A stretch of DNA of 64,000 nucleotides, taken from assembly GCA_964016885.1 (NCBI GenBank), contig OZ024744.1:13268001-13332000 (forward strand). Direction: 5' to 3'. Positions 11,001-26,400 of this stretch are shown here, piece by piece. Every line of letters starts with the position of its first letter. The first letter of the stretch is position 1. The translations under genes were made by a program, and so were the position numbers. The notes under the pieces are model-generated. The model saw only the letters and a program-made list of their open reading frames with translations, made no database searches and was not told the origin of the DNA. This DNA comes from Eledone cirrhosa (Eukaryota).

Positions 11001-13159
11001 CATGTGGTTAGAATGTCTCAGTAGATCGGAGTGTCACTCCAGTTAAAGCTACTCTCTAAATTGAGAGATCGCATCTCCCATACTCTGGACATGGGGTTAG
11101 AATGTCTCAGTAGATCAGAGAGTCACTCTTGTTAAAGCTACTCTTTAAATTGAGAGATCACAACTCCCATAATATGAACATGGGGTTTGAATGTCTCAGT
11201 AGATCAGAGAGTCACTCCAGTTAAAGCTACTCTCTAAATTGAGAGATCACAACTCCAATACTATGGCCATGTGGTTAGAATGTCTCAGTAGATCAGAGAA
11301 TCACTCCAGTTAAAGCTACTCTCTAAATTGAGAGATCACATCTCCCATACTATGGACATGTGGTTAGAATGTCTCAGTAGATCAGAGAGTCACTCCAGTT
11401 AACGCTACTCTCTAAATTGAGAGATCACAACTCCCATACTATGGACATGTGGTTAGAATGTCTCAGTAGATCAAGAGTCACTCCAGTTAGAGCCACTCTC
11501 TAAATTGAGAGATCACAACTCCAATACTATGGACATGTGGTTAGAATGTCTCAGTAGATCAGAGAATCACTCTAGTTAAAGCTACTCTCTAAATTGAGAG
11601 ATCACAACTCCCATACTATGGACATGTGGTTAGAATGTCTCAGTAGATCAGAGAGTTACTCCAGTTAGAGCTACTCTCTAAATTGAGTGATCACAACTCC
11701 CATACTATGGACATGTGGTTAGAATGTCTCAGTAGATCAGAGAGTCACTCCAGTTAAAGCCACTATCTAAATTGAGAGATCACAACTCCCATACTATGGA
11801 CATGTGGTTAGAATGTCTCAGTAGATCAGAGAGTCACTCCAGTTAAAGCTACTCTCTAAATTGAGAGATCACAACTCCCATACTATGGACATGTGGTTAC
11901 AATCTCTCAGTAGATCAGAGAGACATTCCAGTTAAAGCCACTCTCTAAATTGAGAGATCACAACTCCCATACTATGGACGTGTGGTTAGAATGTCTCAGT
12001 GGATCTGAGAATCACTCCAGTTAAAGCTACTCTCTAAATTGAGAGATCACAACTCCAATACTATGGACATGTGGTTAGAATGTCTCAGTAGATCAGAAAG
12101 TCACTCCAGTTAAAGCTACACTCTAAATTGAGAGATCACAACTCCCATACTATGGACATGGTGTTAGAATGTCTCAGTAGATCAGAGTGTCACTCCAGTT
12201 AAAGCCACTCTCTAAATTGAGGGATCACAACTCCCATACTATGGACATGTTGTTAGAATGTCTCAGTAGATCAGAGAGTCACTCCAGTTAAAGCCACTCT
12301 CTAAATTGAGAGATCACAACTCCCATACTATGGACATGTGGTTAGAATGTCTCAGTAGATCAGAAAGTCACTCCAGTTAAAGCTACACTCTAAATTGAGA
12401 GATCACAACTCCAATACTATGGACATGGGGTTAGAATGTCTCAGTAGATCAGAGTGTCACTCCAGTTAAAGCCACTCTCTAAATTGAGGGATCACAACTC
12501 CCATACGATGGACATGTTGTTAGAATGTCTCAGTAGTTCAGAGAGTCACTCCAGTTAAAGCCACTCTCTAAATTGAGAGATCACAACTCCAATACTATGG
12601 ACATGGTGTTTGAAAGTCTCAGTAGATTAGAGTGTCACTCCAGTTAAAGCTACTCTCTAAATTGAGAGATCACAACTCCCATACTATGGACATGGGGTTT
12701 GAATGTCTCAGTAGATCAGAGAGTCGCTCAAGTTAAAGCCACTCTCTAAATTGAGAGATCACAACTCCAATACTATGGACATGTGGTTAGAATGTCTCAG
12801 TAGATCAGAGTGTCACTCCAGTTAAAGCTACTCTCTAAATTGAGAGATCACATCTCCCATACTATGGACATGTGGTTAGAATGTCTCAGTAGATCAGAGA
12901 GTCACTCTTGTTAAAGCTACTCTCTAAATTGAGAGATCACAACTCCCATACTATGGACATGTTGTTTAAATGTCTCAGTAGATCAGAGTATCACTCCAGT
13001 TAAAGCTGCTCTCTAAATTGAGAGATCGCAACTCCCATACTATGGACATGGGGTTTGAATGTCTCACTAGATCAGAGAGTCACTCCAGTTAAAGCTACTC
13101 TCTAAATTGAGAGATCACAACTCCCATACTATGGACATGTGGTTAGAATGTCTCAGTAG

Positions 13160-13880
13160 ATCAGATAGTCACTCCAGTTAGAGCCACTCTCTAAATTGAG
13201 AGATCACAACTCCAATACTATGGACATGTGGTTAGAATGTCTCAGTAGATCAGAGAATCACTCTAGTTAAAGCTACTCTCTAAATTGAGAGATCCCAACT
13301 CCCATACTATGGACATGTGGTTAGAATGTCTCAGTAGATCAGAGAGTTACTCCAGTTAGAGCTACTCTCTAAATTGAGTGATCACAAATCCCATACTATG
13401 GACATGTGGTTAGAATGTCTCAGTAGATGAGAGAGTCACTCCAGTTAAAGCCACTATCTAAATTGAGAGATCACAACTCCCATACTATGGACATGTGGTT
13501 AGAATGTCTCAGTAGATCAGAGAGTCACTCCAGTTAGAGCCACTCTCTAAATTGAGAGATCACAACGCCAATACTATGGACATGTGGTTAGAATGTCTCA
13601 GTAGATCAGAGAATCACTCTAGTTAAAGCTACTCTCTAAATTGAGAGATCCCAACTCCCATACTATGGACATGTGGTTAGAATGTCTCAGTAGATCAGAG
13701 AGTTACTCCAGTTAGAGCTACTCTCTAAATTGAGTGATCACAACTCCCATACTATGGACATGTGGTTAGAATGTCTCAGTAGATGAGAGAGTCACTCCAG
13801 TTAAAGCCACTATCTAAATTGAGAGATCACAACTCCCATACTATGGACATGTGGTTAGAATGTCTCAGTAGATCAGAGAG
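13160..13880. repeat. Tandem duplication of a 4-monomer block (period 356 bp)
   Basis: gatcccaact at 13291/13647 and gatgagagag at 13426/13782; gagtgatc and actatct occur in both copies. Confidence 0.9.
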
Positions 13881-16789
13881 TCACTCCAGTTAAAGCCACT
13901 CTCTAAATTGAGAGATCACAACTCCAATACTATGGGCATGGGGTTTGAAAGTCTCAGTAGATTAGAGTGTCACTCCAGTTAAAGCAACTCTCTAAATTGA
14001 GAGATCACAACTCCAATACTATGGACATGTGGTTAGAATGTCTCAGTAGATCAGGGAGTCATTCTTGTTAAAGCTACTCTCTAAATTGAGAGATCACAAC
14101 TCCCATACTATGGACATGTGGTTACGATCTCTCAGTAGATCAGAGAGACATTCCAGTTAAAGCCACTCTCTAAATTGAGGGATCACAACTCCCATATGAT
14201 GGACATGTTGTTAGAATGTCTCAGTAGTTCAGAGAGTCACTCCAGTTAAAGCCACTCTCTAATTTGAGAGATCACAACTCCAATACTATGGACATGGTGT
14301 TTGAAAGTCTCGGTAGATTAGATTGTCACTCCAGTTAAAGCTACTCTCTAAATTGAGAGATCCCAACTCCAATACTATGGACATGGGGTTTGAATGTCTC
14401 AGTAGATCAGAGAGTCGCTCAAGTTAAAGCCACTCTCTAAATTGAGAGATCACAACTCCAATACTATGGACATGTGGTTAGAATGTCTCAGTAGATCAGA
14501 GTGTCACTCCAGTTAAAGCTACTCTCTAAATTGAGAGATCACATCTCCCATATTATGGACATGTGGTTAGAATGTCTCAGTAGATCAGAGAGTCACTCTT
14601 GTTAAAGCTACTCTCTAAATTGAGAGATCACAACTCCCATACTATGGACATGTTGTTTAAATGTCTCAGTAGATCAGAGTGTCACTCCAGTTAAAGCTAC
14701 TCTCTAAATTGAGATATCACATCTCCCATACTATGGACATGTGGTTACAATCTCTCAGTAGATCAGAGAGACATTCCAGTTAAAGCCACTCTCTAAATTG
14801 AGAGATCACAACTCCCATACTATGGACGTGTGGTTAGAATGTCTCAGTAGATCAGAGAATCACTCAAGTTAAAGCTACACTCTAAATTGAGAGATCACAA
14901 CTCCTATACTATGGACATGGGGTTAGAATGTCTCAGTAGATCAGAGTGTCACTCCAGTAAAAGGCACTCTCTAAGTTGAGGGATCACAACTCCCATACTA
15001 TGGACATGTTGTTAGAATATCTCAGTAGATCAGAGAATCACTCCAGTTAAAGCTACTCTCTAAATTGAGAGATCACAACTCCAATACTATGGACATGGGG
15101 TTTGAATGTCTCAGTAGATCAGAGAGTCGCTCAAGTTAAAGCCACTCTCTAAATTGAGAGATCACAACTCCAATACTATGGACATGTGGTTAGAATGTCT
15201 CAGTAGATCGGAGTGTCACTCCAGTTAAAGCTACTCTCTAAATTGAGAGATCGCATCTCCCATACTCTGGACATGGGGTTAGAATGTCTCAGTAGATCAG
15301 AGAGTCACTCTTGTTAAAGCTACTCTTTAAATTGAGAGATCACAACTCCCATAATATGGACATGGGGTGTGAATGTCTCAGTAGATCAGAGAGTCACTCC
15401 AGTTAAAGCTACTCTCTAAATTGAGAGATCACAACTCCAATACTATGGACATGTGGTTAGAATGTCTCAGTAGATCAGAGAATCACTCCAGTTAAAGCTA
15501 CTCTCTAAATTGAGAGATCACATCTCCCATACTATGGACATGTGGTTAGAATGTCTCAGTAGATCAGAGAGTCACTCCAGTTAACGCTAGACTCTAAATT
15601 GAGAGATCACAACTCCCATGCTATGGACATGTGGTTAGAATGTCTCAGTAGATCAGAGAGTCACTCCAGTTAAAGTCACTCTCTAAATTGAGAGATCACA
15701 ACTCCAATACTATGGACATGGTGTTTGAAAGTCTCAGTAGATTAGAGTGTCACTCCAGTTAAAGCTACTCTCTAAATTGAGAGATCACAACTCCAATACT
15801 ATGGACATGGGGTTTGAATGTCTCAGTAGATCAGAGAGTCGCTCAAGTTAAAGCCACTCTCTAAATTGAGAGATCACAACTCCAATACTATGGACATGTG
15901 GTTAGAATGTCTCAGTAGATCAGAAAGTCACTCCAGTTAAAGCTACACTCTAAATTGAGAGATCACAACTCCCATATTATGGACATGGTGTTAGAATGTC
16001 TCAGTAGATCAGAGAATCACTCCAGTTAAAGCTACACTCTAAATTGAGAGATCACAACTCCTATACTATGGACATGGGGTTAGAATGTCTCAGTAGATCA
16101 GAGTGTCACTCCAGTAAAAGGCACTCTCTAAGTTGAGGGATCACAACTCCCATACTATGGACATGTTGTTAGAATGTCTCAGTAGATCAGAGAATCACTC
16201 CAGTTAAAGCCACTCTCTAAATTGAGAGATCACAACTCCAATACTATGGACATGGGTTTTGAAAGTCTCAGTAGATTAGAGTGTCACTCCAGTTAAAGCT
16301 ACTCTCTAAATTGAGAGATCACAACTCCAATACTCTGGACATGGGGTTTGAATGTCTCAGTAGATCAGAGAGTCGCTCAAGTTAAAGCCACTCTCTAAAT
16401 TGAGAGATCACAACTCCAATACTATGGACATGTGGTTAGAATGTCCCAGTAGATCGGAGTGTCACTCCAGTTAAAGCTACTCTCTAAATTGAGAGATCGC
16501 ATCTCCCATACTCTGGACATAGGGTTAGAATGTCTCAGTAGATCAGAGAGTCACTCTTGTTAAAGCTACTCTTTAAATTGAGAGATCACAACTCCCATAC
16601 TATGGACATGTTGTTTAAATGTCTCAGTAGATCAGAGTATCACTACAGTTAAAGCTGCTCTCTAAATTGAGAGATCGCAACTCCCATACTATGGACATGG
16701 GGTTTGAATGTCTCACTAGATCAGAGAGTCACTCCAGTTAAAGCTACTCTCTAAATTGAGAGATCACAACTCCAATACTATGGACATGG

Positions 16790-17480
16790 GGTTAGAATGT
16801 CTCAGTAGATCAGAGAATCACTCCAGTTAAAGCTACTCTCTTAATTGAGAGATCACATCTCCCATACAATGGACATGTGGTTAGAATATCTCAGTAGAAC
16901 AGAGAGTCTCTCTTGTTAAAGCTACTCTCTAAATTGAGAGATCACAACTCCATACTATGGACATGGGGTTTGAAAGTCTCAGTAGATTAGTGTGTCACTC
17001 CAGTTAAAGCCACTCTCTAAATTCAGAGATCATAACTCCAACACTATGGACATGGGGTTTGAATGTCTCAGTAGATCAGAGTGTCACTCCAGTTAAAGTT
17101 ACTCTCTAAATTGAAAGACCACAACTCCAATACTATGGACATGTGGTTAGAATGTCTCAGTAGATCAGAGAATCACTCCAGTTAAAGCTACTCTCTAAAT
17201 TGAGAGATCACATCTCCCATACTATGGACATGTGGTTAGAATATCTCAGTAGAACAGAGAGTCTCTCTTGTTAAAGCTACTCTCTAAATTGAGAGATCAC
17301 AACTCCATACTATGGACATGGGGTTTGAAAGTCTCAGTAGATTAGAGTGTCACTCCAGTTAAAGCCGCTCTCTAAATTCAGAGATCACAACTCCAACACT
17401 ATGGACATGGGGTTTGAATGTCTCAGTAGATCAGAGTGTCACTCCAGTTAAAGTTACTCTCTAAATTGAGAGGTCACAAA
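16790..17480. repeat. Diverged tandem pair of a 4-monomer phrase (period 355 bp), itself recopied near 24700-25400
   Basis: gaatatctcagtagaacagagagtctctcttg at 16884/17239 and again at 24795/25150. Confidence 0.8.
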
Positions 17481-20400
17481 TCCAATAATATGGACATGGG
17501 GTTTGAATGTCTCAGTAGATCAGAGAGTCACTCCAGTTAAAGCTACTCTCTAAATTGAGAGATCACAACTCCAATACTATGCACATGTGGTTAGAACGTC
17601 TCAGTAGATCAGAGAGTCATTCCAGTTAAAGCCACTCTCTAAATTGAGAGACCACAACTCCAATACTATGGACATGGGGTTTGAATGTCTCACTAGATCA
17701 GAGAGTCACTCCAGTTAAAGCTACTCTCTAAATTGAGAGATCACAACTCCAATACTATGGACATGTGGTTAGAATGTCTCAGTAGATCAGAGAATCACTC
17801 CAGTTAAAGCTACACTCTAAATTGAGAGATCACAACTCCTATACTATGGACATGGGGTTAGAATGTCTCAGTAGAACAGAGAGTCTCTCTTGTTAAAGAT
17901 ACTCTCTAAATTGAGAGATCACAACTCCATACTATGGACATGGGGTTTGAAAGTCTCAGTAGATTAGAGAGTCATTCCAGTTAAAGCCACTCTCTAAATT
18001 GAGAGATCACAACTCCCATACTATGGACGTGTGGTTAGAATGTCTCAGTAGATCAGAGAATCACTCCAGTTAAAGCTACACTCTAAATTGAGAGATCACA
18101 ACTCCTATACTATGGACATGGGGTTAGAATGTCTCAGTAGATCAGAGTGTCACTCCAGTAAAAGGCACCCTCTAAGTTGAGGGATCACAACTCCCATACT
18201 ATGGACATGTTGTTAGAATGTCTCAGTAGATCAGAGAATCACTCCATTTAAAGCCACTCTCTAAATTGAGAGATCACAACTCCAATACTATGGACATGGG
18301 TTTTGAAAGTCTCAGTAGATTAGAGTGTCACTCCAGTTAAAGCTACTCTCTAAATTGAGAGATCACAACTCCAATACTATGGACATGGGGTTTGAATGTC
18401 TCAGTAGATCAGAGAGTCGCTCAAGTTAAAGCCACTCTCTAAATTGAGAGATCACAACTCCAATACTATGGACATGCGGTTATAATGTCTCAGTAGATCG
18501 GAGTGTCCCTCCAGTTAAAGCTACTCTCTAAATTGAGAGATCGCATCTCCCATACTCTGGACATGGGGTTAGAATGTCTCAGTAGATCAGAGAGTCACTC
18601 TTGTTAAAGCTACTCTTTAAATTGAGAGATCACAACTCCCATAATATGGACATGGGGTTTGAATGTCTCAGTAGATCAGAGAGTCACTCCAGTTAAAGCT
18701 ACTCTCTAAATTGAGAGATCACAACTCCAATACTATGGACATGTGTTTAGAATGTCTCAGTAGATCAGAGAATAACTCCAGTTAAAGCTACTCTCTAAAT
18801 TGAGAGATCACATCTCCCATAATATGGACATGTGGTTAGAATGTCTCAGTAGATCAGAGAGTCACTCCAGTTAACGCTACACTCTAAATTGAGAGATCAC
18901 AACTCCCATACTATGGACATGTGGTTAGAATGTCTCAGTAGAACAGAGAGTCTCTCTTGTTAAAGCTACTCTCTAAATTGAGAGATCACAACTCCATACT
19001 ATGGACATGGGGTTTGAAAGTCTCAGTAGATTAGAGAGTCATTCCAGTTAAAGCCACTCTCTAAATTGAGAGATCACAACTCCCATACTATGGACATGTG
19101 GTTAGAATGTCTCAGTAGATCAGAGAATCACTCCAGTTAAAGCTATACTCTAAATTGAGAGATCACAACTCCTATACTATGGACATGATGTTAGAATGTC
19201 TCAGTAGATCAGAGTGTCACTCCAGTAAAAGGCACTCTCTAAGTTGAGGGATCACAACTCCCATACTATGGACATGTTGTTAGAATGTCTCAGTAGATCA
19301 GAGAATCACTCCAGTTAAAGCCACTCTCTAAATTGAGAGATCACAACTCCAATACTATGGACATGGGTTTTGAATGTCTCAGTAGATCAGAGAGTCGCTC
19401 AAGTTAAAGCCACTCTCTAAATTGAGAGATCACAACTCCAATACTATGGACATGTGGTTAGAATGTCCCAGTAGATCGGAGTGTCACTCCAGTTAAAGCT
19501 ACTATCTAAATTGAGAGATCGCATCTCCCATACTCTGGACATGGGGTTAGAATGTCTCAGTAGATCAGAGAGTCACTCTTGTTAAAGCTACTCTTTAAAT
19601 TGAGAGATCACAACTCCCATAATATGGACATGGGGTTTGAATGTCTCAGTAGATCAGAGAGTCACTCTTGTTAAAGCTACTCTCTAAATTGAGAGATCAC
19701 AACTCCCATACTATGGACATGTTGTTTAAATGTCTCAGTAGATCAGAGTATCACTCCAGTTAAAGCTGCTCTCTAAATTGAGAGATCGCAACTCCCATGC
19801 TATGGACATGGGGTTTGAATGTCTCACTAGATCAGAGAGTCACTCCAGTTAAAGCTACTCTCTAAATTGAGAGATCACAACTCCAATACTATGGACATGT
19901 GGTTAGAATGTCTCAGTAGATCAGAGAATCACTCCAGTTAAAGCTACTCTCTTAATTGAGTGATCACATCTCCCATACAATGGACATGTGGTTAGAATAT
20001 CTCAGTAGAACAGAGAGTCTCTCTTGTTAAAGCTACTCTCTAAATTGAGAGATCACAACTCCATACTATGGACATGGGGTTTGAAAGTCTCAGTAGATTA
20101 GAGTGTCACTCCAGTTAAAGCCGCTCTCTAAATTCAGAGATCACAACTCCAACACTATGGACATGGGGTTTGAATGTCTCAGTAGATCAGAGTGTCACTC
20201 CAGTTAAAGTTACTCTCTAAATTGAGAGATCACAAATCCAATAATATGGACATGGGGTTTGAATGTCTCAGTAGATCAGAGAGTCACTCCAGTTAAAGCT
20301 ACTCTCTAAATTGAGAGATCACAACTCCAATACTATGGACATGGGGTTTGAATGTCTCACTTGATCAGAGAGTCACTCCAGTTAAAGCTACTCTCTAAAT

Positions 20401-23400
20401 TGAGAGATCACAACTCCAATACTATGGACATGTGGTTAGAATGTCTCAGTAGATCAGAGAATCACTCCAGTTAAAGCTACACTCTAAATTGAGAGATCAC
20501 AACTCCTATACTATGGACATGGGGTTAGAATGTCTCAGTAGAACAGAGAGTCTCTCTTGTTAAAGATACTCTCTAAATTGAGAGATCACAACTCCATACT
20601 ATGGACATGGGGTTTGAAAGTCTCAGTAGATTAGAGAGTCATTCCAGTTAAAGCCACTCTCTAAATTGAGAGATCACAACTCCCATACTATGGACGTGTG
20701 GTTAGAATGTCTCAGTAGATCAGAGAATCACTCCAGTTAAAGCTACACTCTAAATTGAGAGATCACAACTCCTATACTATGGACATGGGGTTAGAATGTC
20801 TCAGTAGATCAGAGTGTCACTCCAGTAAAAGGCACCCTCTAAGTTGAGGGATCACAACTCCCATACTATGGACATGTTGTTAGAATGTCTCAGTAGATCA
20901 GAGAATCACTCCATTTAAAGCCACTCTCTAAATTGAGAGATCACAACTCCAATACTATGGACATGGGTTTTGAAAGTCTCAGTAGATTAGAGTGTCACTC
21001 CAGTTAAAGCTACTCTCTAAATTGAGAGATCACAACTCCAATACTATGGACATGGGGTTTGAATGTCTCAGTAGATCAGAGAGTCGCTCAAGTTAAAGCC
21101 ACTCTCTAAATTGAGAGATCACAACTCCAATACTATGGACATGCGGTTATAATGTCTCAGTAGATCGGAGTGTCCCTCCAGTTAAAGCTACTCTCTAAAT
21201 TGAGAGATCGCATCTCCCATACTCTGGACATGGGGTTTGAATGTCTCAGTAGATCAGAGAGTCGCTCAAGTTAAAGCCACTCTCTAAATTGAGAGATCAC
21301 AACTCCAATAATATGGACATGGGGTTTGAAAGTCTCAGTAGATCAGAGAGTCACTCCAGTTAAAGCTACTCTCTAAATTGAGAGATCACAACTCCAATAC
21401 TATGGACATGTGGTTAGAATGTCTCAGTAGATCAGAGAATAACTCCAGTTAAAGCTACTCTCTAAATTGAGAGATCACATCTCCCATAATATGGACATGT
21501 GGTTAGAATGTCTCAGTAGATCAGAGAGTCACTCCAGTTAACGCTACACTCTAAATTGAGAGATCACAACTCCCATACTATGGACATGTGGTTAGAATGT
21601 CTCAGTAGAACAGAGAGTCTCTCTTGTTAAAGCTACTCTCTAAATTGAGAGATCACAACTCCATACTATGGACATGGGGTTTGAAAGTCTCAGTAGATTA
21701 GAGAGTCATTCCAGTTAAAGCCACTCTCTAAATTGAGAGATCACAACTCCCATACTATGGACATGTGGTTAGAATGTCTCAGTAGAGCAGAGAATCACTC
21801 CAGTTAAAGCTACACTCTAAATTGAGAGATCACAACTCCTATACTATGGACATGAGGTTAGAATGTCTCAGTAGATCAGAGTGTCACTCCAGTAAAAGGC
21901 ACTCTCTAAGTTGAGGGATCACAACTCCCATACTATGGACATGTTGTTAGAATGTCTCAGTAGATCAGAGAATCACTCCAGTTAAAGCCACTCTCTAAAT
22001 TGAGAGATCACAACTCCAATACTATGGACATGGGTTTTGAAAGTCTCAGTAGATTAGAGTGTCACTCCAGTTAAAGCTACTCTCTAAATTGAGAGATCAC
22101 AACTCCATACTATGGACATGGGGTTTGAAAGTCTCAGTAGATTAGAGTGTCACTCCAGTTAAAGCCACTCTCTAAATTCAGAGATCATAACTCCAACACT
22201 ATGGACATGTGGTTAGAATGTCTCAGTAGATCAGAGTGTCACTCCAGTTAAAGTTACTCTCTAAATTGAGAGATCACAAATCCAATAATATGGACATGGG
22301 GTTTGAATGTCTCAGTAGATCAGAGAGTCACTCCAGTTAAAGCTACTCTCTAAATTGAGAGATCACAACTCCAATACTATGCACATGTGGTTAGAACGTC
22401 TCAGTAGATCAGAGAGTCATTCCAGTTAAAGCCACTCTCTAAATTGAGAGACCACAACTCCAATACTATGGACATGGGGTTTGAATGTCTCACTAGATCA
22501 GAGAGTCACTCCAGTTAAAGCTACTCTCTAAATTGAGAGATCACAACTCCAATACTATGGACATGTGGTTATAATGTCTCAGTAGATCAGAGAATCACTC
22601 CAGTTAAAGCTACACTCTAAATTGAGAGATCACAACTCCTATACTATGGACATGGGGTTAGAATGTCTCAGTAGAACAGAGAGTCTCTCTTGTTAAAGAT
22701 ACTCTCTAAATTGAGAGATCACAACTCCATACTATGGACATGGGGTTTGAAAGTCTCAGTAGATTAGAGAGTCATTCCAGTTAAAGCCACTCTCTAAATT
22801 GAGAGATCACAACTCCCATACTATGGACGTGTGGTTAGAATGTCTCAGTAGATCAGAGAATCACTCCAGTTAAAGCTACACTCTAAATTGAGAGATCACA
22901 ACTCCTATACTATGGACATGGGGTTAGAATGTCTCAGTAGATCAGAGTGTCACTCCAGTAAAAGGCACCCTCTAAGTTGAGGGATCACAACTCCCATACT
23001 ATGGACATGTTGTTAGAATGTCTCAGTAGATCAGAGAATCACTCCATTTAAAGCCACTCTCTAAATTGAGAGATCACAACTCCAATACTATGGACATGGG
23101 TTTTGAAAGTCTCAGTAGATTAGAGTGTCACTCCAGTTAAAGCTACTCTCTAAATTGAGAGATCACAACTCCAATACTATGGACATGGGGTTTGAATGTC
23201 TCAGTAGATCAGAGAGTCGCTCAAGTTAAAGCCACTCTCTAAATTGAGAGATCACAACTCCAATACTATGGACATGCGGTTATAATGTCTCAGTAGATCG
23301 GAGTGTCCCTCCAGTTAAAGCTACTCTCTAAATTGAGAGATCGCATCTCCCATACTCTGGACATGGGGTTAGAATGTCTCAGTAGATCAGAGAGTCACTC

Positions 23401-26400
23401 TTGTTAAAGCTACTCTTTAAATTGAGAGATCACAACTCCCATAATATGGACATGGGGTTTGAATGTCTCAGTAGATCAGAGAGTCACTCCAGTTAAAGCT
23501 ACTCTCTAAATTGAGAGATCACAACTCCAATACTATGGACATGTGTTTAGAATGTCTCAGTAGATCAGAGAATAACTCCAGTTAAAGCTACTCTCTAAAT
23601 TGAGAGATCACATCTCCCATAATATGGACATGTGGTTAGAATGTCTCAGTAGATCAGAGAGTCACTCCAGTTAACGCTACACTCTAAATTGAGAGATCAC
23701 AACTCCCATACTATGGACATGTGGTTAGAATGTCTCAGTAGAACAGAGAGTCTCTCTTGTTAAAGCTACTCTCTAAATTGAGAGATCACAACTCCATACT
23801 ATGGACATGGGGTTTGAAAGTCTCAGTAGATTAGAGAGTCATTCCAGTTAAAGCCACTCTCTAAATTGAGAGATCACAACTCCCATACTATGGACATGTG
23901 GTTAGAATGTCTCAGTAGATCAGAGAATCACTCCAGTTAAAGCTACACTCTAAATTGAGAGATCACAACTCCTATACTATGGACATGAGGTTAGAATGTC
24001 TCAGTAGATCAGAGTGTCACTCCAGTAAAAGGCACTCTCTAAGTTGAGGGATCACAACTCCCATACTATGGACATGTTGTTAGAATGTCTCAGTAGATCA
24101 GAGAATCACTCCAGTTAAAGCCACTCTCTAAATTGAGAGATCACAACTCCAATACTATGGACATGGGTTTTGAATGTCTCAGTAGATCAGAGAGTCGCTC
24201 AAGTTAAAGCCACTCTCTAAATTGAGAGATCACAACTCCAATACTATGGACATGTGGTTAGAATGTCCCAGTAGATCGGAGTGTCACTCCAGTTAAAGCT
24301 ACTCTCTAAATTGAGAGATCGCATCTCCCATACTCTGGACATCGGGTTAGAATGTCTCAGTAGATCAGAGAGTCACTCTTGTTAAAGCTACTCTTTAAAT
24401 TGAGAGATCACAACTCCCATAATATGGACATGGGGTTTGAATGTCTCAGTAGATCAGAGAGTCACTCTTGTTAAAGCTACTCTCTAAATTGAGAGATCAC
24501 AACTCCCATACTATGGACATGTTGTTTAAATGTCTCAGTAGATCAGAGTATCACTCCAGTTAAAGCTGCTCTCTAAATTGAGAGATCGCAACTCCCATGC
24601 TATGGACATGGGGTTTGAATGTCTCACTAGATCAGAGAGTCACTCCAGTTAAAGCTACTCTCTAAATTGAGAGATCACAACTCCAATACTATGGACATGT
24701 GGTTAGAATGTCTCAGTAGATCAGAGAATCACTCCAGTTAAAGCTACTCTCTTAATTGAGTGATCACATCTCCCATACAATGGACATGTGGTTAGAATAT
24801 CTCAGTAGAACAGAGAGTCTCTCTTGTTAAAGCTACTCTCTAAATTGAGAGATCACAACTCCATACTATGGACATGGGGTTTGAAAGTCTCAGTAGATTA
24901 GAGTGTCACTCCAGTTAAAGCCACTCTCTAAATTCAGAGATCATAACTCCAACACTATGGACATGGGGTTTGAATGTCTCAGTAGATCAGAGTGTCACTC
25001 CAGTTAAAGTTACTCCCTAAATTGAGAGACCACAACTCCAATACTATGGACATGTGGTTAGAATGTCTCAGTAGATCAGAGAATCACTCCAGTTAAAGCT
25101 ACTCTCTAAATTGAGAGATCACATCTCCCATACTATGGACATGTGGTTAGAATATCTCAGTAGAACAGAGAGTCTCTCTTGTTAAAGCTACTCTCTAAAT
25201 TGAGAGATCACAACTCCATACTATGGACATGGGGTTTGAAAGTCTCAGTAGATTAGAGTGTCACTCCAGTTAAAGCCGCTCTCTAAATTCAGAGATCACA
25301 ACTCCAACACTATGGACATGGGGTTTGAATGTCTCAGTAGATCAGAGTGTCACTCCAGTTAAAGTTACTCTCTAAATTGAGAGATCACAAATCCAATAAT
25401 ATGGACATGGGGTTTGAATGTCTCAGTAGATCAGAGAGTCACTCCAGTTAAAGCTACTCTCTAAATTGAGAGATCACAACTCCAATACTATGCACATGTG
25501 GTTAGAACGTCTCAGTAGATCAGAGAGTCATTCCAGTTAAAGCCACTCTCTAAATTGAGAGACCACAACTCCAATACTATGGACATGTGGTTACAATCTC
25601 TCAGTAGATCAGAGAGTCACTCCAGTTAAAGCCACTCTCTAAATTGAGAGATCACAACTCCAATACTATGGACATGGGGTTTGAATGTCTCACTAGATCA
25701 GAGAGTCACTCCAGTTAAAGCTACTCTCTAAATTGAGAGATCACAACTCCAATACTATGGACATGTGGTTAGAATGTCTCAGTAGATCAGAGAATCACTC
25801 CAGTTAAAGCTACACTCTAAATTGAGAGATCACAACTCCTATACTATGGACATGGGGTTAGAATGTCTCAGTAGAACAGAGAGTCTCTCTTGTTAAAGAT
25901 ACTCTCTAAATTGAGAGATCACAACTCCATACTATGGACATGGGGTTTGAAAGTCTCAGTAGATTAGAGAGTCATTCCAGTTAAAGCCACTCTCTAAATT
26001 GAGAGATCACAACTCCCATACTATGGACGTGTGGTTAGAATGTCTCAGTAGATCAGAGAATCACTCCAGTTAAAGCTACACTCTAAATTGAGAGATCACA
26101 ACTCCTATACTATGGACATGGGGTTAGAATGTCTCAGTAGATCAGAGTGTCACTCCAGTAAAAGGCACCCTCTAAGTTGAGGGATCACAACTCCCATACT
26201 ATGGACATGTTGTTAGAATGTCTCAGTAGATCAGAGAATCACTCCATTTAAAGCCACTCTCTAAATTGAGAGATCACAACTCCAATACTATGGACATGGG
26301 TTTTGAAAGTCTCAGTAGATTAGAGTGTCACTCCAGTTAAAGCTACTCTCTAAATTGAGAGATCACAACTCCAATACTATGGACATGGGGTTTGAATGTC

